Assembly: GCA_045638465.1 (NCBI GenBank)
Contig: JAZUBK010000020.1
Location: forward strand, 27,021-91,020
Length of the DNA stretch: 64,000 nucleotides
Direction: 5' to 3'
DNA from: Clostridia bacterium
GTDB lineage: Bacteria > Bacillota > Clostridia > Christensenellales > UBA1242
A program made the position numbers and the translations under genes. This document shows, piece after piece, positions 48,535 to 55,711 of the stretch (the stretch's first letter is position 1; each line of letters starts with the position of its first letter). The notes below the pieces were generated by a model. It made no database searches, was not told where the DNA came from, and was given only the letters and a program-made list of their open reading frames with translations.

Positions 48535-50925
48535 ATGGGAAGAAAGGATCAAGTAGTTAATGTTGATAAGTACCTAGAAGAGGCTTATACAACACTTGTG
48601 GTCAATGACTTTTATGGGGTAAGCGGCGATACTGCTGCCGTTGTACAACATTTGGCATCAGATATGGGGCTTTCGACCAAAAGAGTTGCGCACGTTGTCG
48701 CAAAACTTATCGAAGATAAGTATTTAATTTATTCAAAGAAAGAAGGTGGCTTACTTGATGGTAGGCACATTCTAAAAGGTGTTTTTCACCCTTATAAAGA
48801 GGGCAAAGGCTTTGTGACTGTCGAGGGTATGCCTCGAGACCTTAAAGTAAAAGGCACAAAGTATGCTAGAGAAGGCGATATCGTTGAGGTTGTATATTTT
48901 GGCGAAGAGATGCCAGAAAACCTTGGCGTAAGCAGAGTTGTAAAAAGAGTTAACGACCATGTTGTTGGTGTCGTTGCAAAAAATGAAGAGGGCCATTTTG
49001 TACTAAGACCACTTCACGAACCTTATTCAAGAGAATTTTTACTTCCACCAAGCGAATCTACTGCAAACTTTGAGGGTCAAATTTGTAGTATGAAAATAAC
49101 TGTATTTGAATCAAGCAAAGGTTGTGGTGCAGGTACCATCGAAAAAAGCTTTGGTTTTGCAGAAGATCCTATTGCACAAAATGGTGCAATTGCATATAAA
49201 TATGGCTTTGTAAAAGACTTCCCAGAAGATGTAATGGCAGAGGTTGCAAGAATCCCTGATCACGTTACACCAGAAGAAATGCAAGGCAGATTAGACCTAA
49301 GACATCTTCCTATCGTATCTTGCGACCCAAAAAGTTGCAAAGACAAAGACGATGCTTATTATATAGAAAGAACTGCAGCAGGATATAGAGCTTATGTTGC
49401 AATAGCAGACGTTAGCCACTATGTAAGACCTGGCAGCGCCATAGACAAAGAGGCTTTGCACCGTGGAACTAGCTGCTACATTGGTGATGGCGTTTATCCT
49501 ATGCTACCTCCTGCACTATCTAACGGCATATGTTCACTTCATGCAGGGGTAGACAGACTTGCAGTTGTGTCAATAATCGATTTTGATAACAATGGCAATA
49601 TCATAAACACCGACGTACAAAGAGCCGTTGTTAATATCAAACATTCAATTTCATACGAAGAGCAAGAGGCTATCTATCTTGCACAAGATGGTATGGATAA
49701 AAAGTTTGCGGATATCAAACCTGTTGTAGATCTTTTGTACGAAGGTCATAGAGTGCTAGATAGAAATGTAAAATCAAAAGGCAAGATAGAGTTTGAAACT
49801 GACGAACCAAAATATATATTTGATTCTACAAAGACAAAAGTAATCGACGTTGTAGGCCAAGGTCAAGAAGAATCACATGCAGTAGTAGAGTCATTTATGA
49901 TTCTAAACAACGTAGCTATTGCAACTAGAGCTACTCAAAGAGGCCTAAATGTTGCAAGAAGAAATCACCAACCACCAACAGAGGACAAAATAAACTTCTT
50001 TAATCGTGACCTTAAAGCCTTTGGAATTAACTATACAGTAAAAGATTATTCAAAGAGTTTTCAAACTTTGATGGATAGAGCTGATGTAAAATCTAGCAAA
50101 TATTACCCAATTATCGTAAGCAAAGGTCTAAGATCAATGCAAAAAGCAAATTATGGCGTAGAAAGAGAGGGTCACTTTGCTTTAGGACTTCCTGAGTATT
50201 TGCACTGGACATCACCTATCAGAAGATATGTAGACCTTGTAAACCACAGAATTATATTCAATGATCTAGAGCAAAATTCAGAGTGGATATCAAGAGGCAG
50301 ACTAGAGACTTTGACTCAACATTTGTCAGAAAGAGATAGAGCTGCAGAAAGTGCAGAGAATGAGGCTAATAAAGGCCTAAATGCAAACTATGCTGAAGGT
50401 CAAATCGGCAGAGTATTTGATGGCTATGTAAAAGATATCGGCGGCAAAGAAATAACTGTTGGAATTAAAAATAACCTAGTTAACCTAACTGTTCCTGTCG
50501 CAGAATTACAAGGCGGATATAATGCACATTATAAAGCATCAGATAATCATATGCACATAGTAGATGTTAGAACAGGTCACAAATATAGCCTAGGCGATAC
50601 TGTGCCTGTAATGATCGCCAGTGTCGACAGATCAAGAGATGTGATAGTTGCAACAACTGATCTTCACAAAAAACTAGAAAGACCAGCTCAAAGACGCCCA
50701 GAAGTAAAACTTCCAAGTGCAGCAGATCTTCCTAGATTTGAAGATGTAGTAAGAAAACTCCCAGAGACTTTGGGTGAGGAATATACAGCTCAAGTATCAA
50801 GCTTACTTGCTCCTCACGAATACGCAGAACCAAAGCAAGAACCAACAGCTACAAAACCAGAGCAAATTATCGATTCAACCCCAGATTCAACTGCTAAGAC
50901 TCAAGATAGTGGCAAAGCACAATAA
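48535..50925 (+). CDS. Second RNase II/R-family 3'-5' exoribonuclease (RNB domain), divergent paralogue
   Basis: 796 aa. Contains CDPKSCKDKDDAYY (D-x5-D-x-D-D catalytic pattern) and HFALGLPEYLHWTSPIRRYVDLVNHR. Has an N-terminal winged-helix-like segment and a Pro/Glu/Thr-rich tail. Confidence 0.85.
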   Translation: MGRKDQVVNVDKYLEEAYTTLVVNDFYGVSGDTAAVVQHLASDMGLSTKRVAHVVAKLIEDKYLIYSKKEGGLLDGRHILKGVFHPYKEGKGFVTVEGMPRDLKVKGTKYAREGDIVEVVYFGEEMPENLGVSRVVKRVNDHVVGVVAKNEEGHFVLRPLHEPYSREFLLPPSESTANFEGQICSMKITVFESSKGCGAGTIEKSFGFAEDPIAQNGAIAYKYGFVKDFPEDVMAEVARIPDHVTPEEMQGRLDLRHLPIVSCDPKSCKDKDDAYYIERTAAGYRAYVAIADVSHYVRPGSAIDKEALHRGTSCYIGDGVYPMLPPALSNGICSLHAGVDRLAVVSIIDFDNNGNIINTDVQRAVVNIKHSISYEEQEAIYLAQDGMDKKFADIKPVVDLLYEGHRVLDRNVKSKGKIEFETDEPKYIFDSTKTKVIDVVGQGQEESHAVVESFMILNNVAIATRATQRGLNVARRNHQPPTEDKINFFNRDLKAFGINYTVKDYSKSFQTLMDRADVKSSKYYPIIVSKGLRSMQKANYGVEREGHFALGLPEYLHWTSPIRRYVDLVNHRIIFNDLEQNSEWISRGRLETLTQHLSERDRAAESAENEANKGLNANYAEGQIGRVFDGYVKDIGGKEITVGIKNNLVNLTVPVAELQGGYNAHYKASDNHMHIVDVRTGHKYSLGDTVPVMIASVDRSRDVIVATTDLHKKLERPAQRRPEVKLPSAADLPRFEDVVRKLPETLGEEYTAQVSSLLAPHEYAEPKQEPTATKPEQIIDSTPDSTAKTQDSGKAQ

Positions 50926-50931
50926 ACTAGC

Positions 50932-50962
50932 AAAAACACCTAAATTCTTTAGGTGTTTTTTT
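50932..50962 (+). terminator. Intrinsic terminator
   Basis: Arms aaaaacacctaa and ttaggtgttttt, followed by a T-run. Confidence 0.8.
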
Positions 50963-51066
50963 ATATTAAGCATTACAAATGCTCCCAAACAATTTAATTT
51001 TTGGCTAAAGGTGTGCTATAATAAGGCTGGGATAAAAAAAATAAAAGTGCTTTTTTGAGGTATAAT

Positions 51067-51549
51067 ATGAAGAATTTAATTTTACTTTGTGGAAAACCAG
51101 GTTGTGGAAAAACAACTCTTGCAAAAATAATCAAAGAAAAAACAGGTGCGGTGCACTTTTCTGCGGATAGATTTATGCTCAAACTTTTTGGCGAAATCGA
51201 AGATAGAGAATTATTCGAAAGAAAGTTGTTTGCGTGTAAAGAACTTATTTATGAGATTTGTGACGAACTAGAAGGAAAAAATGATATCGTTTTGGATTTT
51301 GGTTTTTGGACACGTAGAGAAAGAGAGTATATCTCAAAAAGGTTTACAAACTTTAATGTTATTTTTGTTTATATGCGACTTGATGATGAAGAAATTTTCC
51401 GTCGCATAGAAAATAGAAATAAACATCTAAAAGCTGATGAGTACTTTATGGACAAAGATACCTTTAGTATTTTGAGTGCTAAGTTTGAAGAACCAAACGA
51501 AAGCGAAGGTAGAATTATTTTTGTAGATAAAGATACTATTATAAAATAG
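51067..51549 (+). CDS. P-loop NTPase / small-molecule kinase-like protein (AAA_33-type)
   Basis: Start moved to ATG 51067, 6 nt after gagg. Walker A is CGKPGCGKTT. About 160 aa, which is kinase-sized. Confidence 0.6.
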   Translation: MKNLILLCGKPGCGKTTLAKIIKEKTGAVHFSADRFMLKLFGEIEDRELFERKLFACKELIYEICDELEGKNDIVLDFGFWTRREREYISKRFTNFNVIFVYMRLDDEEIFRRIENRNKHLKADEYFMDKDTFSILSAKFEEPNESEGRIIFVDKDTIIK

Positions 51550-51574
51550 TTTTTTATAAGCAGGAGGCAGTAAT

Positions 51575-52042
51575 ATGCACAAGATACAAATTGTACACGA
51601 ATATAGAAAAGCTGAGATGAGGAAGTTATTTGATGAGTATTTAACAGAACTTGCTGAGTTTGACCCACACATCCAGTTTGATGAAAATGGAAAGCCAATT
51701 TATAAATGGTTTGATGCTTATTGGCAAGATAGCGATAGATTTCCATTTTTCTATATCATCGATGGAGAAATTGCTGGTCTTGCTATGATAAGAGCAGTAG
51801 GTGAACTAGGATATGAAGTGGCTGAGTTTTATGTTTTGCCAAAATATAGAAAAGGTGGCAATGCTCTTTGGTTTGCTGAAAATCTTTTGAACATGTTTGA
51901 GGGGCAAATAGAAATAGGCACACGAATTGAAAATGTAAGAGCTGTGAAGTTCTGGACTAAATTTGTTCAAAAGTTAGAAGTTTATGCCTGTATTGACGAA
52001 GACGGTTGGAGAAACTGGACAGTATTTAATCAAAATAATTAA
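51575..52042 (+). CDS. GNAT-family N-acetyltransferase
   Basis: 155 aa. EFYVLPKYRKGGNALWFAENL is a GNAT motif A-like segment. SD aggagg. Confidence 0.6.
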   Translation: MHKIQIVHEYRKAEMRKLFDEYLTELAEFDPHIQFDENGKPIYKWFDAYWQDSDRFPFFYIIDGEIAGLAMIRAVGELGYEVAEFYVLPKYRKGGNALWFAENLLNMFEGQIEIGTRIENVRAVKFWTKFVQKLEVYACIDEDGWRNWTVFNQNN

Positions 52043-52050
52043 TATTTTTT

Positions 52051-52078
52051 GTGGCAAAATTATATTTGCCACTTTTTT
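52051..52078 (+). terminator. Intrinsic terminator
   Basis: Arms gtggcaaa and tttgccac, followed by tttttt. Confidence 0.7.
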
Positions 52079-52152
52079 ATTTGCAAAAAGTTTTTTAGTT
52101 ATATTTTGTTATGTTATAATAGTAGCGTAAGTAATTTTTTTGGAGGTTTTTT

Positions 52153-52572
52153 ATGCCGACACAAAAAGCAGGTTGTTATCTTATTAATTTAGAAAAAAGA
52201 GCAATAGCAATAATTTATAGAGATAAGCAAAAAGATTTTTCCTTCCCTAAAGGACACATGGATGAAGGAGAGACTTTGGAGGAGTGCGCAATAAGAGAAA
52301 CTGCCGAAGAAACAAAAAGAGATTGCGAAATAGTAAAAGATATTGCCCCTACTATCGAGCGTTATACAACACCGAAGGGTGAGGAGTGCGAGTGCTATAT
52401 GTATGTTGCAATCGACACTGGCAAGAGCGATAATGATTCGACAGATACTCATTATATGTATTGGGTAGAGATTGATAAGGTAGAAGAAACGTTGTCTTTT
52501 GATAGTTTAAAAAGAGAATGGAATAAAGTAAAAGATATAATAAAAGAAAGATTTTTTAACGAAAATATTTAG
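52153..52572 (+). CDS. NUDIX hydrolase
   Basis: Nudix box GHMDEGETLEECAIRETAEETK (GX5EX7REUXEEXGU pattern). Confidence 0.85.
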   Translation: MPTQKAGCYLINLEKRAIAIIYRDKQKDFSFPKGHMDEGETLEECAIRETAEETKRDCEIVKDIAPTIERYTTPKGEECECYMYVAIDTGKSDNDSTDTHYMYWVEIDKVEETLSFDSLKREWNKVKDIIKERFFNENI

Positions 52573-52583
52573 AGGATAAATTT

Positions 52584-53684
52584 ATGGTAACAATAAGAAA
52601 AACAGAAAGCGGCGAAATAGAAAAAATTATAAAAGTAGCAAATAAATCTTTTAAGGCGATTCGTCCACGTGATTTTGATTTTCGTATCGAAGTACCTTTT
52701 GTATATGGCAGCAAAAAAGATTATAGTGATGTACACCATGTGCTTGAGGAAGATGGTAAAATAGTATCGCTTGTTGGAAATCTAATTCGTGATATAAAAA
52801 TCGGGGACAAAACATTTAGCTATTCTAATGTTGGTACTGTTTGCACCTTGCCAAAATATAGAGGCAATGGCTATATGAAAAAATTGATGAAAAAAGTAGA
52901 GCAAGAAAACATCGATAAAAAAGTTGTGTTTAGTATCCTCACTGGTAATAGAAAAAGATATAATCACTTTGGTTATGAATCATCAGGATTTAAGTTTGAA
53001 TATTCTTTTGCTCCCAATATCACTGGCTATATCAAAAGTGATAAAGTTGTGTTTTTAGAAAATATAGAAAGTAACGATTATGAAGTTTTGTATAATCTTT
53101 ACAAAAAATATTCTCCATTTTGTTTGAGAGAAAAAGAAGAATTTTATACTCACTTTTTAGACACAAGACTCTATAAACAAAAGATAATTTTTGATGGTGA
53201 AGTTGTCGGGTATTTTGTGATGAAACAAAACACAATTATAGAGCTTATAATCACCGACTCAAAACTAATAACTCCGCTTATAATTAAGCTATTCGAAAAG
53301 CCTTATCCATACATTACTTTTAGACTAAATCCCCTTCGTAAAAAGTTGGTTGAGTTCTTTGAAAAGATTTCTTGTAATAAGCAGATGATTGAGTCTAATA
53401 TCTATAAAATTTACGATACAAAAGCCTTCATCGAATTGATGCTAGAGCTAAACAAAAAAATAGTAAAATTTCCAGATTGTACATCTTGTATTAAGGTTGA
53501 TGATGAGGTAATAAAAGTAACTATAAAAGACGGAGAATACACCGTCAAAGAATCAAATTCAACTCCAACAGAAGAATTTACAAAAACCTCTTTTGCTAGG
53601 TTTTGTATGAGCATAACAACATATGATCATACACCAAAAATTTTTCCATTACTATTTGATATAGATGACCTAGATATGTTCTAA
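52584..53684 (+). CDS. GNAT acetyltransferase with long C-terminal extension (Eis/COG4552-like layout)
   Basis: 366 aa. GNAT motif A is VCTLPKYRGNGYMKKLMKKV. The extra ~200 aa are like those of Eis-type enzymes. Assigned by layout only. Confidence 0.5.
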   Translation: MVTIRKTESGEIEKIIKVANKSFKAIRPRDFDFRIEVPFVYGSKKDYSDVHHVLEEDGKIVSLVGNLIRDIKIGDKTFSYSNVGTVCTLPKYRGNGYMKKLMKKVEQENIDKKVVFSILTGNRKRYNHFGYESSGFKFEYSFAPNITGYIKSDKVVFLENIESNDYEVLYNLYKKYSPFCLREKEEFYTHFLDTRLYKQKIIFDGEVVGYFVMKQNTIIELIITDSKLITPLIIKLFEKPYPYITFRLNPLRKKLVEFFEKISCNKQMIESNIYKIYDTKAFIELMLELNKKIVKFPDCTSCIKVDDEVIKVTIKDGEYTVKESNSTPTEEFTKTSFARFCMSITTYDHTPKIFPLLFDIDDLDMF

Positions 53685-53687
53685 AAT

Positions 53688-53701
53688 CGACCTAATGGTC
53701 G
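53688..53701. repeat. Palindrome copy 1: CGACC-taat-GGTCG
   Basis: Read directly. Lies 4 nt after the upstream stop codon. Confidence 0.8.
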
Positions 53702-53771
53702 GGAAAAACAGTATAAATACATAAAAAATCTCATATGTGCTATTTTTTAGTATTTATGCGGGTTATATTGC

Positions 53772-53785
53772 CGACTGTATGGTCG
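53772..53785. repeat. Palindrome copy 2: CGACT-gtat-GGTCG
   Basis: Read directly. Its centre is 84 nt from the centre of copy 1. Confidence 0.8.
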
Positions 53786-53897
53786 AAATAATAAACTAAT
53801 TTTTTGATTGGGGTAAAAACATATTTTAGTTGTCCTTCTAAAAACTAATTACAAAATATAATTAAAAACTAATATAAAAACAAACAAAACAAAAACC

Positions 53898-53911
53898 CGA
53901 CTACAAGGTCG
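53898..53911. repeat. Palindrome copy 3: CGACT-acaa-GGTCG
   Basis: Read directly. Its centre is 126 nt from copy 2. It ends 20 nt before the ATG at 53932. Confidence 0.8.
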
Positions 53912-53931
53912 GATAAAGTAGGAAATATGCG

Positions 53932-54834
53932 ATGCTAGAGACGATAAAAAAGATTTTGGCCAAAGAAAATATAAAGTATAATTCGATTGAAAAATCAACA
54001 TCTGGTTTTACAAATGAAGTGTATTTTATAGATGATAAATATGTTGTAAAAATTGTTGCCAAAAGGTCAAAACCCGAAAAGCTAAAAAAAGAAATTGAGT
54101 TTTATAAAAATGTAAAATTTGACTTTATACCTTCTTATATTTGTAGTGGTAATCTTGATGAAATAAACTACCTTATTATTACAAAATTGAGAGGTAAAAG
54201 TTTGTATTCTGTTTGGCACATATTGACAGATGAACAACGAAACAAATGCTCAAAACAAATTGCAAATATTCTTAAAATTTTTAATCAACAAAAAGGTGAT
54301 TTTTTACCTGAAAAATATATTCATATTGATAACAAAAAACGCTTTCAAAAATCATTTAATCTAAACATAGAGATTTTGGAAAAACGTGGTTTTGATGTTG
54401 GCTTTTTGAAAGACTTTGCAAACACAAAATTAGATGTAATAATGAACAAGCAAAAGTTAGGTCTTGTTTATAATGACGCTCATTTTGATAATTTTATTTT
54501 AGACGAAGAAAAACTTTATCTTATTGATTTTGACAGGGTACTTTATTGTTCGATTGATTATGAACTTTTGATTATTGAGCAGATGCTTGACAACCCTTGT
54601 AAATTTGCAAGTGAGGTAGATGAGCCAAATGTCAAACTTGATGATTACAAAAACATACATCAAATTTTGAAACAAAATTATAAAGACCTTTTTGATTTTG
54701 AGTTTATTGATGACAGAGTTTTTATTTATAGATTTTTGTACAACCTAGGCAACGCTTATGAGTACGATAAGAATGAGTGGATAAAAATTGAACTTGATAA
54801 ATTCAAAAATAGATATAAAAAAACTAAGGATTAA
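53932..54834 (+). CDS. Aminoglycoside/choline-kinase-type phosphotransferase (APH family)
   Basis: 300 aa. N-lobe GFTNEVYFIDDKYVVKI. Catalytic loop YNDAHFDNFIL (HxDxxxxN). Also YLIDFDR. Confidence 0.8.
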   Translation: MLETIKKILAKENIKYNSIEKSTSGFTNEVYFIDDKYVVKIVAKRSKPEKLKKEIEFYKNVKFDFIPSYICSGNLDEINYLIITKLRGKSLYSVWHILTDEQRNKCSKQIANILKIFNQQKGDFLPEKYIHIDNKKRFQKSFNLNIEILEKRGFDVGFLKDFANTKLDVIMNKQKLGLVYNDAHFDNFILDEEKLYLIDFDRVLYCSIDYELLIIEQMLDNPCKFASEVDEPNVKLDDYKNIHQILKQNYKDLFDFEFIDDRVFIYRFLYNLGNAYEYDKNEWIKIELDKFKNRYKKTKD

Positions 54835-55044
54835 AAATCACCTTAGTCAATACTTTAACTGCTGTTAGTGGTACTTGGGTCGTAGTATAATAGCTACCTA
54901 TATACCTATCACAAATAACAATTTGTATGCTAGTATTATAGCGTGGTAATTTTTATTTGTTCAATTAAAAAAATCTTTTTTTGCTAACTATAAAATTTGA
55001 CAAAACTATTTTTATATGATAACTAAAAACATAGGAGAAAAAAT

Positions 55045-55362
55045 ATGCGTTCTGTAAAATGTTCTGGGTGTGGAGCTAATCTTAATTTTGATGGCTCACG
55101 CAAAATAATGAAATGCCAATATTGTGGCACCGTATACAAAGACGATTCAAAATTTGAAAAGGCTGAGACACTATCTACTCAGCAAACCTTTACAACAACC
55201 ACAGGCAATGGACCAGTGTTTGATGTAAATGGTGATAGACCGAAGTTAAATATTCCAATAATAATTATACTTTGTCTGTTCGGGGCGTTTCCTTTTGCGT
55301 TGCTTTATTTTGCAATGACCAAATCAAGACAAAAAGAGTGGGACAAATTTAACGGAAGGTAA
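55045..55362 (+). CDS. Small zinc-ribbon protein with C-terminal TM helix
   Basis: 105 aa. CSGCG...CQYCG ribbon. TM helix IPIIIILCLFGAFPFALLYFAM. SD aggag. Confidence 0.55.
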   Translation: MRSVKCSGCGANLNFDGSRKIMKCQYCGTVYKDDSKFEKAETLSTQQTFTTTTGNGPVFDVNGDRPKLNIPIIIILCLFGAFPFALLYFAMTKSRQKEWDKFNGR

Positions 55363-55499
55363 AAAGGTTATTATTTAGGTAGTGATGGAGAAAAATATTT
55401 AAAACACATTATGAACGATATGGTTGATAACTCAAATATGGGTGTTTTACCAGCCCTTTATATTTCTCTAAACTAAAAAAAATCAAACAGTAAAATTAC

Positions 55500-55540
55500 A
55501 AAACTTCATTTTTGAAATACAAAATGAAGTTTTTTGTTTG
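55500..55540 (+). terminator. Intrinsic terminator
   Basis: 13-bp arms aaaacttcatttt and aaaatgaagtttt, followed by a T-run. Confidence 0.8.
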
Positions 55541-55601
55541 TTTTTTGACTAAAAATTTTACAGTTTAATAAAATAATTTATTAAAGAGCGGAATTTCTGT
55601 A

Positions 55602-55630
55602 TTGACACCATTTGCTGTATGTGTTAAAAT
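55602..55630 (+). promoter_or_regulatory. Promoter TTGACA-17-(TGt)TAAAAT
   Basis: Hexamers at 55602-55607 and 55625-55630. Extended -10 TG at 55622-55623. Confidence 0.55.
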
Positions 55631-55711
55631 ACTTTTGGATGAGGTAGCGTTTTGTCTGCCAAATGTAAAAAAATATAGTAAAAATCGTTTCTTAACATCA
55701 GGGGGAAATTT

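Noticed and set aside
54824-54846. Hairpin ctaagg-N11-ccttag spanning the stop codon of the APH-type gene, considered as a terminator
   Set aside because: No T-run follows it and the stem is only 6 bp, so it was not called.
46017-55000. A classical ssrA-targeted genomic island or prophage
   Set aside because: I saw no integrase, recombinase, phage or transposase gene, and no direct repeat of the tmRNA 3' end (ttcaattctctccgcctccacca) in the downstream sequence by eye. Only the smaller hairpin-bracketed cassette is reported.
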